From the IMG/VR virus record IMGVR_UViG_3300005471_000011, positions 1-64,000 of that record: DNA of 64,000 nucleotides. The stretch is one strand, 5' to 3'. Positions 7,938 to 17,922 of the stretch are shown here, one piece after another (position 1 is the first letter of the stretch; each line of letters begins with the position of its first letter). Source of the stretch: a virus. The translations under genes were made by a program, and so were the position numbers. The notes beneath the pieces were generated by a model that saw only the letters and a list, made by a program, of their open reading frames with translations, was not told the origin of the DNA and made no database searches.

Positions 7938-9458
7938 ATGGCTAAGACTTCCAAGGCGCAAGTTGCGCCGACAGCGAAAACGCTGATTCTTCAATTCAAG
8001 GCTGCCAAGCGCGTAGGAACACCAATCCTTGCGATTCAGACGCCGGATCAATTCGCGACGGTCAATCGCATCTCGGAGGCGATCAATGACACGCCGTTCG
8101 TGCTGTGGGACGTCATCCGGGGATTCACGGCGCTCAATGAACCAGGCAAGGCGGTGATCAGCCGCATCTGTCCCAATGGCGGCATTGACGCAGCCGGGCA
8201 CATCATGCTGGCGGCAGAGCATGCTGCGAATGCGCCGGGCGGCACGGTGTTCTTCTGCCTCAATGCGCAGCGGCACATCGATGAGGCACGCGGGGCGCAG
8301 GCGATTTCTAACCTGCGGGACCAGTTCAAGAAATCACCGGCGCGTATGCTGGTGTTGGTGGGTCCGCAGTTGCAGATGCCGGCGGAGCTACAGTCTGACG
8401 TGGTGACGTTCGACGAACCGCTGCCGGGCCAGGACGAGCTGGCGGATATCGTCAAGGCGATCTATCAAGCCAGCGACCAGGACGCCGCACCGGAGGTCGT
8501 TCTGCGGGCGGTGGAGGCCACGCAAGGCTTGCCGGCGTTCGCGGCCGAGCAGGTCACGGCGATGAGCATGACCAAGGACGGGTTGGACATCGACTCACTG
8601 TGGGAGAGGAAGCGCAAGCAGATCGAGCAGACGCCAGGACTTTCCGTGTCGCGGGAGGGAATCAAGTTCGCGGACCTGGGCGGGTTAGACACGATCAAAG
8701 ACTACCTGAAGTCGCTGATTGCTGGGCAGTCGCGTCCCAACGCCTGCATCTGGATCGATGAGATCGAGAAGCTGTTGGCCGGTAGTTCAGGCGACACCAG
8801 CGGCGTCACCCAGGACCAACTCGGCACGCTGCTGTCATACATGCAGGACAATCGCTGCACTGGGGTCTTGCTGGTTGGCGTTCCGGGTTCGGGGAAGTCG
8901 GCCGTCGCCAAGGCCACGGGCAACGAGGCGGGCATCCCGACGGTGAGGCTCGACCTGGGGGCGTGCAAAAATTCGCTGGTCGGCCAGAGTGAGCAGCAGC
9001 TCCGCAGCGCGCTGAAGGTGATCACGTCGATCAGCAACGGCACGACGCTATGGGTGGCGACCTGCAACAGCTTGGCGGCGCTGCCGCCGGAGCTACGCCG
9101 GAGGTTCAGGGCGGGGCTTTTCTATTTTGATCTGCCGCTGCCAGAGGAGCGAGCTGCGATCTGGAAGGTACACCGCAAGCGGCATGAGATCCAAGCAGGC
9201 GACAAGCAGCCAAACGACGACGGATGGACCGGCGCCGAAGTGGAGCAGTGCTGCGAGTTGGCTTGGAGGCTGCGCCGCCCATTAATGGAAGCAGCCAAGT
9301 TTGTCGTGCCGATCAGCCAGTCAGCGCCGGACCGGATCGAGCAGCTTCGCCAGCAGGCCGACGGGCGGTGGTTGAGCGCTTCCATGCCGGGGGTTTACCG
9401 TCGCAATCAGGAACCGGCGGTCGCAAGATCGCGATGGAGGACTAATGAACGCCAGTAA
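7938..9458 (+). CDS. Ycf46-like AAA+ ATPase with permuted Walker B/Walker A order
   Basis: FADLGGL..IK, IWIDEIEK, GVPGSGKS, VATCN, LPPELRRRF, WTGAEVEQ. Confidence 0.85.
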   Translation: MAKTSKAQVAPTAKTLILQFKAAKRVGTPILAIQTPDQFATVNRISEAINDTPFVLWDVIRGFTALNEPGKAVISRICPNGGIDAAGHIMLAAEHAANAPGGTVFFCLNAQRHIDEARGAQAISNLRDQFKKSPARMLVLVGPQLQMPAELQSDVVTFDEPLPGQDELADIVKAIYQASDQDAAPEVVLRAVEATQGLPAFAAEQVTAMSMTKDGLDIDSLWERKRKQIEQTPGLSVSREGIKFADLGGLDTIKDYLKSLIAGQSRPNACIWIDEIEKLLAGSSGDTSGVTQDQLGTLLSYMQDNRCTGVLLVGVPGSGKSAVAKATGNEAGIPTVRLDLGACKNSLVGQSEQQLRSALKVITSISNGTTLWVATCNSLAALPPELRRRFRAGLFYFDLPLPEERAAIWKVHRKRHEIQAGDKQPNDDGWTGAEVEQCCELAWRLRRPLMEAAKFVVPISQSAPDRIEQLRQQADGRWLSASMPGVYRRNQEPAVARSRWRTNERQ

Positions 9459-9778
9459 GCAAATCGCCCGGCTGCTCAACCGCATCGAAGTCCTGGAGAG
9501 GCGCAACGCATTGCTTCGCGCCGAGGTCGAGCGGCAGGCACACGGCGAGCAATTGCCGTGGACGAAGTTTGAGGTAGCCAACTTTGGCATCTTCGGCGAC
9601 GGGCAAGTCATCCGCCATCAGGACTGTACGGTGTACGTCAACTCACGGTATCAAGTCAGCGTGTTCGATATGGGCGACAACACGATGGCGCACCTATCCA
9701 GCGGATCAAGAGAAGCCAATCGACTTGGAGAACATTTCAGCGGAGCGACTGGCAGCCTTCGCGGGCCTGGAGGATTAA
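9445..9778 (+). pseudogene. frameshifted conserved phage protein (junction near 9695)
   Basis: The N-terminal frame reads VYVNSRYQV..HLS; the second frame (YPADQE...) ends at TAA 9778 abutting the next ATG. Confidence 0.55.
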
Positions 9779-10297
9779 ATGGCAACGCTGTTTTTAATCG
9801 AGCGACCAAAGCACAACAGTCCAGCGATCCGCGACGCGGCCATTGATACGATCTTGCCCGAGGTCCTGTCATGGCTCCAGAAAGACGGCATCGCGGAAGA
9901 TAGGCCCGAAGAAGTACGCGTCGATCTAGCCAACGCCTTGCATGGGCTGTCTGACGGCTATGAAGCGGCAAGATCGCTGGATCGCGACGGTTGGAGCCCC
10001 GACGCGCGATTGGTGGAGATATTAGACGGGTTTTCTTATGTAGAACATGCCGCGCATCGTAAGGCAGTCAAAGCTTGGGTCGTGGAGAGTGGCGAGTTTC
10101 TTAAACCCCAGTTTGAGGTAGGGCAGCAGGTGTCTTTCAAGCGTAACTTTGGCCGGGAAACCGTCACAGGAAAGATAGTATCTATCGATATGGAGAGCGC
10201 CACTTATACTGTTGAAAAGCCAGGCGATGGTATCACTAAAAACGGCTGCACGACGATTGGTTCAGTCATAAACTGGGAGGACGCGGAGGCAGCATAA
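9779..10297 (+). CDS. hypothetical protein with an SH3/KOW-like C-terminus
   Basis: GGAGG RBS; FEVGQQV..TGKIV..YTV. Confidence 0.65.
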   Translation: MATLFLIERPKHNSPAIRDAAIDTILPEVLSWLQKDGIAEDRPEEVRVDLANALHGLSDGYEAARSLDRDGWSPDARLVEILDGFSYVEHAAHRKAVKAWVVESGEFLKPQFEVGQQVSFKRNFGRETVTGKIVSIDMESATYTVEKPGDGITKNGCTTIGSVINWEDAEAA

Positions 10298-10404
10298 CCC
10301 GAACAGTTCTTGGGATCGGAGGTACGCGCCGGTCCCAGGTTCCCCAGGTCCGGTCAGCCGGGACTCGGCTGGCCGGGCCGCTCTTACAAAGTGAACGGTA
10401 AATC

Positions 10405-10683
10405 ATGGGCGCACTTTGCGAACGTCGCACAGTCGGTGGCATCATAGAGGTTTGCTGCCATTACGTTTCATGGTGGTTCGACCTCGATGACGTGATGCTC
10501 ACTGATGAACTACGAAAGAGATTGGAGGCAGAGGCGGAAGAACGAGCGAAAGCGATGATTATTGAAGGCTTCCATAGCGGCGACCTGTGCCACTTCTACT
10601 GTGAAGAGAAACCGCGCACGATTACCGGACGTTTTGCTAAAGGCGAATACGAATTGTTCGGCTGGTGGAGCATTAAGAGTTAA
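10405..10683 (+). CDS. hypothetical protein
   Basis: ORF coupled to the next gene. Confidence 0.6.
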   Translation: MGALCERRTVGGIIEVCCHYVSWWFDLDDVMLTDELRKRLEAEAEERAKAMIIEGFHSGDLCHFYCEEKPRTITGRFAKGEYELFGWWSIKS

Positions 10684-10991
10684 TGGACACTGACAAGCTG
10701 CCAGCACAACCGACGGTCGTCATAGGCAAGGGCAAGCTACTGCCTCCTCCCGATGGCTGCTGCCGGATATGTGCCAGGGCGCACGCGCCGGAGATGCCGC
10801 ACGACGCGCAGAGCGTGTTCTACCAGATGCGTTTCAAGATGCGCTACAAGCGGGAAGGCACTTGGCTTGACGCGATTTCACATTGTGCTGAGTATGTCCA
10901 GTTTCCTTGGAAGCGCGCCTTGCAGCGCGGCGGGCACTGGACGGAGCCGCCGGCTGGCGTGGAGCCAATCGCGGAAAGGATCGACGGGTGA
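10683..10991 (+). CDS. hypothetical protein (CxxC..H)
   Basis: Coupled ORF. Confidence 0.6.
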   Translation: MDTDKLPAQPTVVIGKGKLLPPPDGCCRICARAHAPEMPHDAQSVFYQMRFKMRYKREGTWLDAISHCAEYVQFPWKRALQRGGHWTEPPAGVEPIAERIDG

Positions 10992-10994
10992 GAA

Positions 10995-11519
10995 ATGCCA
11001 GAGTGCGAAAACTGCTGTCGGAAATTTGGAACGATAGTGGGCGGTCTTTGTTTCGAGTGCGCAAATGACAGGAAGGCTTCTACGGGCAATGTTCCACCAT
11101 CATCGCCAATAGTACCGCAAAGCCTGCCTCTGGTCGTCGCATGGTCATTGCACACGCTGGGAGGCAAGCCGGTGCTCAAGCTGGAATGCCGGGGCGGGCG
11201 GTATTACAAGACCGGCGAAGTGCTCAGCGAAGAGGACCTGGAGTGGTTGATCGACGGCAACGAACCTAAAAAACGAAAGTTCCGCGGCGCGGTGCGTTCC
11301 TGCCTGACCGACTGGCGGGACGGAAAGCACGTTTACGTCATGGAGATCGCGATTGAATACCACGCGATGATCGCGTCCGGGGAGTACAAGCCCAGGATGG
11401 TTTACAAGAGCCAGCCGAATGAGAACCTCAGACGCGACACCCAGGCAAGGCCGGCGGCAGCCAAAACGATCCCGCCGCAGCCGCAGAAGATCAGGCACAT
11501 TCACCTCAGTGATGAGTGA
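10995..11519 (+). CDS. hypothetical protein with an N-terminal Zn ribbon
   Basis: CENC..CFEC. Confidence 0.55.
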   Translation: MPECENCCRKFGTIVGGLCFECANDRKASTGNVPPSSPIVPQSLPLVVAWSLHTLGGKPVLKLECRGGRYYKTGEVLSEEDLEWLIDGNEPKKRKFRGAVRSCLTDWRDGKHVYVMEIAIEYHAMIASGEYKPRMVYKSQPNENLRRDTQARPAAAKTIPPQPQKIRHIHLSDE

Positions 11520-11538
11520 AGCATGAAAACGGTAGCGA

Positions 11539-11673
11539 TTGAAAATCCGCTGTACGACCTGTGGAAGTCGTTCGGTTTGGTTCGCGACCGTCGGCGGTGT
11601 CGTCCGCGTGGTCTGTAAGAAGTGCGGCAAGTGGATCGGCAATAAATCCCCGCCAGAGAAGCAATCTAAATGA
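11539..11673 (+). CDS. small zinc-ribbon protein
   Basis: CTTC..CKKC; stop overlaps the next ATG; start uncertain. Confidence 0.45.
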   Translation: MKIRCTTCGSRSVWFATVGGVVRVVCKKCGKWIGNKSPPEKQSK

Positions 11674-12595
11674 CCGCCAGCGGCTTGATCCTGTACGAAG
11701 GCCACAGCTTAATCGACGGCGAGTCAATCGTCTGCATTGCCACGGGCCTGAAGCAGCGCAGCTTGAACGCCAAGACCGGCCCGATGGTCCAGACTTGGAT
11801 TCTGCGCGACGACGTCTCACCGGAGGCCGCAGTTGCAACTGGCGAAGATCGATCAATCTGCGGTGACTGCAAATTGCGCGGCGTAATCCAAAGGCTCCAC
11901 AACCAAGAGCAGGTAAATCGCTTCCGGGGTTGTTACGTCTTCGTGCAGCAGGCCCCCCAAGCCGTCTGGGAAGCGTACAAGCGCGGCCTGCACGCGCCGG
12001 CGGCCACAGGCGATCTTGCAGGCCAATACGTCCGCGGCAGCTCGAATGCGCCGGCCATACAGGCTACACGCACCAATGGCGGGAGCGACGCGCCCAAGAG
12101 TACCGCAGCATGTTAATGGCCAGCGTGGAAAGCACGAAGGACGCAGCGGTTGCCCGCGCGATGGGTTGGCGCACCTTCCGCGTGGCGGTAACGGGTGAAG
12201 TCCCGGCCGCGGGCGAGTTTCATTGCCCAGCCACCGCAGAGCAAGGTCATCGCGAGACGTGCCAGACCTGCGGTGCCTGCGACGGTGCCGGGGACAATCC
12301 CGGTCGCGCCAACGTAATCATTTGGCCGCACGGTCCACCAGCGGCTGTCAAATCGTTCTATCGCACAGTGCGAGGCGATTCGAATGTGATTGTTCATCGC
12401 GAGCAGGCAAACGCTACCGACAGAGTGCTACTGGATGCGCTAGGGATGTCGGGGACCACCTCTGCGGCGGTGTTGGCGGACGCGACTGGTCGCAACCTGC
12501 AATCCGTGGCGACGCGGCTGTGGCACCTTCGGCAAATGGGGCTCGTGCGCAGAGTCGCGCGTGGGCAGTATGAATTGGCAAAGGAGCAAGCATGA
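11670..12595 (+). pseudogene. conserved Cys-rich phage enzyme-like protein with a C-terminal wHTH, split by a frameshift near 12035
   Basis: N-part (YEG.S.IDG, N.KTG.MVQTWILR, SICGDC) in the 11670 frame; C-part (TGYTHQW, MASVES, GWRTFRV, C..CGAC) in the 11930 frame. Confidence 0.7.
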
Positions 12596-13464
12596 CAAAA
12601 ACGCTGGGCGTGATTGGCGGGGGAGTTCTGGGACGCGCGGTAGCTCGCGGATTTCTGGAGCACCTTGAGGTCAAGGTATTCGACACGATCAAGGAGCGAG
12701 CGACGCATTCGCTAGAGGAAGCAGCGACGTGCGACATCGTGATGATCTGCCTGCCGACACCAGCCAAGCTGGACGGGCGCTGCGACACAAAAGCCATCGA
12801 CGACTTCCTGGACGTGGCGTTCACGCATGAATGGTGGCGACCGGATAGCTGCTACGTCATTCGATCTACTACACCAGTCGGGTACACCCAAGATCAAGCT
12901 CACAGCACCGACTTTGAGCGACCGCTGCTCCATAGTCCGGAGTCGCTGACTGCACGATGTGCCTTGACCGATTTCCAGATTCCGGCGAGGAACATCATCG
13001 GCATGCCTGGAAAGGGACACTGGATGCCGGCGAGCCCAGTAATCTACGAGGCATTCAAGCGGCTGAAGTCTGTTTATGAAAATCGTTTTCCTGGCGTCCC
13101 GGTGCTCGACATGGATGCGCGAGAATCCGAACTGGTAAAGTTGGCGTGCAATTCATTTTTCGCCGCCAAGGTCACGCTGTTCAACCTGTTCGCCGAGATG
13201 GCCAAGGCTAAAGACCTGGACTGGGAGACCGTGCGCGCCGGAATCTTGAGCGACGGCAGAATTGCGCATGCTCACACGGCGGTTCCGGGACCGTCTGGGG
13301 AGCGAGGCTACGCCGGAAGCTGCTTGGATAAGGACTTGGCGGACTTGTATCGCTGCTGCGAGGACGCCGCCGTGGATGCGGAAATCCTGCGGCAAGTCCT
13401 GGAGAGAAACAAGCTCACGCGGTCAGAAGCCGGCCTGAAAACCGCCGAAATTTCGCTATTTTAG
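12592..13464 (+). CDS. ugd: UDP-glucose/GDP-mannose dehydrogenase family protein lacking the C-terminal domain
   Basis: GxGxxG, ICLPTP, IRSTTPVG, SELVKLACNSF, GYAGSCLDKD. Confidence 0.8.
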   Translation: MTKTLGVIGGGVLGRAVARGFLEHLEVKVFDTIKERATHSLEEAATCDIVMICLPTPAKLDGRCDTKAIDDFLDVAFTHEWWRPDSCYVIRSTTPVGYTQDQAHSTDFERPLLHSPESLTARCALTDFQIPARNIIGMPGKGHWMPASPVIYEAFKRLKSVYENRFPGVPVLDMDARESELVKLACNSFFAAKVTLFNLFAEMAKAKDLDWETVRAGILSDGRIAHAHTAVPGPSGERGYAGSCLDKDLADLYRCCEDAAVDAEILRQVLERNKLTRSEAGLKTAEISLF

Positions 13465-13469
13465 CGCTA

Positions 13470-13498
13470 TTGACAAAGAACCTGGCAATCTGTAAAAT
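13470..13498 (+). promoter_or_regulatory. sigma70-type promoter, possibly leaderless (ATG 13505)
   Basis: TTGACA-N17-TAAAAT-N6-ATG. Confidence 0.8.
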
Positions 13499-13582
13499 AA
13501 TCGCATGCGACAAGCGAATACCCTACAGACGCACGCAACCGACCGCTGGCGGGGACCAGCGGAGAGCCACAAGGGGAACCAA

Positions 13583-13777
13583 ATGAGCCAACGCGAAATG
13601 AACCAGATTCTGATCGACGAGATCAACGACTACCTGCGGCTTTGCGACGCCGACTTAGCCGGCTATGGCTTGCGGCGGGAATCTCTAGAATACCGGCTCG
13701 AAGTGCTGCTTCAGGAGCAGGGCACCCATGCCGGCTACCTGCGGGGTGAGATTGCTGCCTTGGCATTGGTACGCTAG
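13583..13777 (+). CDS. hypothetical protein (alternative start 13505)
   Basis: AAGGGGAACC before ATG. Confidence 0.55.
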   Translation: MSQREMNQILIDEINDYLRLCDADLAGYGLRRESLEYRLEVLLQEQGTHAGYLRGEIAALALVR

Positions 13778-13884
13778 GCACGAACCTGACGGCTGCCGCC
13801 GGAACAGACGGCAGCCAGACGGCCCGCGCCTCAGCGGAAACCGACTGTCAGCGGATTACTGGCGGAGAGCACAAGGGAACCATC

Positions 13885-14220
13885 ATGCAAGCCACAGCCA
13901 AGCGGCACGTATCGGATTTTTTCCCAATCCAGCCAGATGAAACGATCTGCGAGTTCCTGGAGCGGGTGGTCAGCGTCCGGCTTTCCAAGTACGAGTACAG
14001 CCGGTCGGGTTACGAGATCGACATCGCCAACACGCATGTCATTACCGACATTGCTGGCTACCGCTGGGACGACCAGTGTGCCGAGCAGCCGGAGCCGGCA
14101 GACGGGGCGGAGTTTCGGTTCTCGAAGTTCATCGGCGGACCGTTTTGCAGCAACTTCAGCATGCTCGCTCGCGCCTACCGCGAGGACGACGAAGTGGTAT
14201 TTGAGGTGGAGTTGGTGTAG
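13885..14220 (+). CDS. hypothetical protein
   Basis: Preceded by the conserved leader motif. Confidence 0.6.
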   Translation: MQATAKRHVSDFFPIQPDETICEFLERVVSVRLSKYEYSRSGYEIDIANTHVITDIAGYRWDDQCAEQPEPADGAEFRFSKFIGGPFCSNFSMLARAYREDDEVVFEVELV

Positions 14221-14343
14221 CCGACCCATGTCTCAGGGCAAGGAGGCCCTTATGATTACCGCAGCAGAATGGATTCTGGCCCTGACATTATCTCAGGTCG
14301 CGGCGGCACCGCTGGCCTGGGAACTTTGGAAAACGAGCAAGCG

Positions 14344-14634
14344 ATGGCGGAAGTAAAGCAAGAGACGCGACTGGAGCAAATCCATCGCTGCGTGGCATGG
14401 ATCGAGCGGAACCAATGCGCCGATGCGGTAGGCCAGATTGCGCCGTGCGACGTAACGCAGCCGATGATTTGGCTGGACAAAGTCGAGCACCTTAGACGTT
14501 TCTTTCCCGGCGCAGACGCAAAAGTCACGACGCGCAGCGGCACTAGCTACTATGAGGTGCTCGCGGAAGGCATCCGCTTCTTCGCCGTGGAGCACCATTG
14601 GGAAGGCGAAAAACAAGAGACCATGAAGCTTTAA
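14344..14634 (+). CDS. hypothetical protein
   Basis: ORF in operon. Confidence 0.55.
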   Translation: MAEVKQETRLEQIHRCVAWIERNQCADAVGQIAPCDVTQPMIWLDKVEHLRRFFPGADAKVTTRSGTSYYEVLAEGIRFFAVEHHWEGEKQETMKL

Positions 14635-14650
14635 CAAAGGACCACCCCGT

Positions 14651-15712
14651 ATGACGCTCGCCGCCGATGACCAAGCCGTATTCCCGAATTCAGAGGAAGC
14701 TGTTTTCGCTGAACAGCCCGATGGAACTATTGGGCCAGTGGAAGCATCGCCTGAACCGCAGCCCGTCACGCCCCAGGCAATCGCTGTCCAATTGCGCAAG
14801 GACATGAGCGCCGTGCGGCTGCACCGCGGCAAGTGGGGCATCAGCAAGAAGCTGGACCGGGACCAGACCGATCGCGCAGCCTTGGCGTTCAACGCGGACG
14901 GCAAGGCGCTGTCCGCGTCCAAGAAGATCGTCAACAGCAAGGACGACTGCCTGCGCAAGGTCAACGGCACGCTTGCCGAGGCGGTCCACTATTGGAAGTC
15001 GGTCACGATCCCCTACCCCGAAGATGGCGTGCGGCTGATCCGGCGGGAGCGGATCGACAAGTTCAACGAGACGATGACCGGCCTGCGCCAGCAGCTCCGC
15101 GCGGAGGCGCAGGAACTGGAGGCCAAGTACCAAGAGTTGGTCGAGGAGGCCAAGGGACGGCTGGGCGAGCTTTACAACGAGAACGACTACCCAGCCAGCG
15201 TCAAGGCGCTCTATCGGCTGGAGTGGGACTTCCCATCGGTCGAACCGCCCCCTCATCTGCTCGAAGTGGCACCGCAGGTTTACGCGCAGGAGATGGCCCG
15301 CATCCAGGCCCGCTTCGAGCTGGCGGTATCGCTGACTGAGGATGCCTTCGCGGACCAGTTCGCCAAGCTGCTGGAGAAGCTGACGCGGCAGTTATCGTTC
15401 GGCGAGCCGGAGATGGACCCAGCGACCGGCCAGATGGTGCGCAAGCCAAAGGCGTTCTACGAGTCCTCCATCGAAGGGTTGCAGGAATTCTTCGACCGCT
15501 TCAAGGCGCTGAACGTGGGAGGTTCCGAGGAGCTGGAGGCGTTAATCGCGGAAGCCAAGGCGGTTGTCGGGACGACGGACGCTAAGACGATCCGCAAGGA
15601 CGTGGCGACGCGCGGCGCCATCGAGCACGGGCTGGCCGACGTGGCGAACAAGCTCAACCAGATGATGCAGGTGCGGCCGATCCGGCAGATGAATCTTCTG
15701 GACGAAGAATAG
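14651..15712 (+). CDS. DUF3150-like helical protein
   Basis: LSASKK, YWKS.TIPYPEDGVRLIRR, LGELYN..DYP, FFDRFK.LNV motifs typical of the Ycf46/DUF1257-associated family. Confidence 0.65.
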   Translation: MTLAADDQAVFPNSEEAVFAEQPDGTIGPVEASPEPQPVTPQAIAVQLRKDMSAVRLHRGKWGISKKLDRDQTDRAALAFNADGKALSASKKIVNSKDDCLRKVNGTLAEAVHYWKSVTIPYPEDGVRLIRRERIDKFNETMTGLRQQLRAEAQELEAKYQELVEEAKGRLGELYNENDYPASVKALYRLEWDFPSVEPPPHLLEVAPQVYAQEMARIQARFELAVSLTEDAFADQFAKLLEKLTRQLSFGEPEMDPATGQMVRKPKAFYESSIEGLQEFFDRFKALNVGGSEELEALIAEAKAVVGTTDAKTIRKDVATRGAIEHGLADVANKLNQMMQVRPIRQMNLLDEE

Positions 15713-15721
15713 GTGCCACGA

Positions 15722-15946
15722 ATGGATGTCACGGACATGCTGCGAAATCTGTGCGCGTTCATCGGCGCGTATTTCATGCTTTGTGGGATCGCCAAGCTGC
15801 ACGTCGCCATCCGGGAGCGGCTCATTATCGCCAGGAAGTTGCGGGAGCTGGAAGCTGCCAGGGACCGGGCGATAATCCAGGAGCGATTGGCGGTCAAAAG
15901 AAAGAGGCGACTCTCGGTGCAATTCACGCGATACAAGGACAACTAA
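15722..15946 (+). CDS. small membrane protein
   Basis: N-terminal TM. Confidence 0.5.
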   Translation: MDVTDMLRNLCAFIGAYFMLCGIAKLHVAIRERLIIARKLRELEAARDRAIIQERLAVKRKRRLSVQFTRYKDN

Positions 15947-15947
15947 C

Positions 15948-16100
15948 ATGACAAGCGACGACCAGGAAACCACGCAAGAGCTAGAGCGGCAGTGGGTACG
16001 CCGGGAATCGGAGCTGGACTGGCTTTACTTCGCCGTGGCGGCTGTGTGCGGCGGGATTGTGTTGTTGGTTATCATCGCCTGTTTGTACAAGGGTAACTAG
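15948..16100 (+). CDS. small membrane protein
   Basis: AAGGA RBS; C-terminal TM (read manually). Confidence 0.5.
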   Translation: MTSDDQETTQELERQWVRRESELDWLYFAVAAVCGGIVLLVIIACLYKGN

Positions 16101-16102
16101 CG

Positions 16103-16318
16103 ATGCAACCACTGACAATTCGCTTCCTCGAAGCCTACAAGGATCAACTTTCCCCGGACGTGCGGGCCAAGCAGGCGGTCATCGGTCCGGCGGGGACAGT
16201 GGAAGAGATCATCGAGGCGCTTGCTCGGCAGATCGAATCCTCGCCGACGGCGGCTGACATCGCTGCCAACCGCGCAGAGGTGGAGCGGTTCGTCGCGGGA
16301 GTCCTGGGGTTGGCGTAG
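16103..16318 (+). CDS. hypothetical protein
   Basis: ORF in operon. Confidence 0.55.
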   Translation: MQPLTIRFLEAYKDQLSPDVRAKQAVIGPAGTVEEIIEALARQIESSPTAADIAANRAEVERFVAGVLGLA

Positions 16319-16347
16319 TTGACGCAACGCCGTTCATCCTGTAAAAT
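16319..16347 (+). promoter_or_regulatory. sigma70-type promoter
   Basis: TTGACG-N17-TAAAAT. Confidence 0.7.
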
Positions 16348-16477
16348 GCTGGCTACGATTTATCCCAAATTGCATTGCGACCTTCCGCTCTTCAGTCAAT
16401 TGAGTACGCCGCACGTTCCCGCAATCGCTCACCTCGTACTCTGGCCAATCGGGGACTGGCTTCCATTGTTCTTCCAT
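16334..16477 (-). pseudogene. remnant of a NUMOD4 (HNH homing endonuclease) gene
   Basis: Translates as MEEQWKPVPDWPEYEVSDCGNVRR..., a NUMOD4 signature; no HNH core. Confidence 0.65.
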
Positions 16478-16563
16478 CAAATCGCCTCACTTCCATTTCG
16501 AAGCACTGTGCGAATAATAAAAGCTGGCGAGCATTGGACGCAACGAGAAGCAAGGGGTGAATT

Positions 16564-16998
16564 GTGAGCCATATATCTGAAATTTCGTTGGAGTTCAAGG
16601 ATTTGGATTGTATCGACGCTGCGTGTAAAGAGCTTGGTCTTGAATTAGTTCGCGGCAAAACGAGTTACAAATGGTGGGGAAAATGGATGAAAGATTCGCC
16701 GCTGCCTCCGGGCGTCAAGGAAGAAGACCTGGGCAAGTGCGACCACGCCATCAGGATTCCGGGCAACTCCAAAGCCTACGAGATCGGCGTCTGCAAGCTG
16801 GCTAACGGCAACTACTCGCTGCGCTGGGACTTCTGGCAGGGCGGCTACGGCATGCAGGACAAGGTCGGCGCGAACGCTGGCAAGCTGAGCCAGCTTTATG
16901 GAGTGCATGTTGCGGCAAAGGCGGCTCGCAAGCAAGGCTATTCAGTCCAGAGAAGGCAATTGCAGGACGGAAGAATTCAATTGATGTGCAGTCGATAA
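16564..16998 (+). CDS. DUF1257 (Ycf35-like) protein
   Basis: MSHI..I..EFKDL..I..AC.ELG; C-terminal ARKQGY.V...DG.I.L. Confidence 0.75.
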   Translation: MSHISEISLEFKDLDCIDAACKELGLELVRGKTSYKWWGKWMKDSPLPPGVKEEDLGKCDHAIRIPGNSKAYEIGVCKLANGNYSLRWDFWQGGYGMQDKVGANAGKLSQLYGVHVAAKAARKQGYSVQRRQLQDGRIQLMCSR

Positions 16999-17076
16999 TT
17001 CCGGCAGGTCGCGTCTTGGCTCGCAATCGACCGGTCCGGAGTGTCAGGGCAGGCAACTGAGAAGAGGCAAATACAA

Positions 17077-17271
17077 ATGGCAGCGATCATCATCACAATC
17101 GCGGATGGCGGCGCGACCGAGATTAAAGTCCAGGGCTGCGCCGGCCCGAGTTGCCAGAGCTTGACCGAGTCCATTGAGAAGGCGCTAGGAGTTAAGACCG
17201 CTGACGCCAAGACGCATGAGTACCACGCGGCAGTCACTCAGGGCCAGCGGGCTCAGGCTGGCGCGAAATGA
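17077..17271 (+). CDS. DUF2997 family protein
   Basis: I.ITI..GG...IKVQG..GPSC..LT..IEKALG. Confidence 0.75.
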   Translation: MAAIIITIADGGATEIKVQGCAGPSCQSLTESIEKALGVKTADAKTHEYHAAVTQGQRAQAGAK

Positions 17272-17404
17272 CCACAGCGATTCGGATGATGGTGATCGTT
17301 GGATTGTTGGTTGGATGCGCTGGAATTGTGCGGGGGATTCCGTCGCCGTGGTGCTACGTCGCGTGCCTCCTGCTGGGCGCAATGATTTATCCGATTGGTG
17401 ACAA

Positions 17405-17752
17405 ATGCTCATGACGATAAGCGAAGGCGGGCGCATCGAGCAGATCGCCGGGCACGGGCCGGACCTGAGCGGCGAAGGCCAGCAGCAGTTGCGGCGCGCG
17501 AGCTGGGTCGAGCCGTGCTCGCTGCCGCTGCGGCTGGCGTTCCACCTACTGCGGCGCTGGGAATGGTTGGCGACCTACATGACCGACGGCGATCCACACG
17601 AGGATTTTATTTCAGCCTGGACACGGTCCTGGCGCTGCCATTGGCGGGTGCGGATCATCGGCGGTCCGGTGCTCGCAGGCACGTGGCGCGACCGAGCAGA
17701 AGCCATCGCGGCGGAGGTCGCTTGGCTGGAGCGAGAAAGGTTCGGCGCATGA
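17405..17752 (+). CDS. conserved hypothetical protein of the DUF1257/DUF2997 cluster
   Basis: RRAS.VEP ... GGPVL....R.EAIAAEVAWL. Confidence 0.65.
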   Translation: MLMTISEGGRIEQIAGHGPDLSGEGQQQLRRASWVEPCSLPLRLAFHLLRRWEWLATYMTDGDPHEDFISAWTRSWRCHWRVRIIGGPVLAGTWRDRAEAIAAEVAWLERERFGA

Positions 17753-17922
17753 CCGATCTGGAGCGAATAGCGGATTGCCTGCGCAAGCAGAGGGATATTT
17801 TCGGTGACGAACTTGTAGAGACACCACATCCGGCGACGGTGGAAGCAGTTTGCGAGGCCATTGAAGAGCTTTGCAGCCAACTGCGAGCGAACCAAGAAGA
17901 TTCATACGGGAGCGATCTGTGA
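17749..17922 (+). CDS. hypothetical protein
   Basis: Coupled ORF. Confidence 0.5.
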   Translation: MTDLERIADCLRKQRDIFGDELVETPHPATVEAVCEAIEELCSQLRANQEDSYGSDL

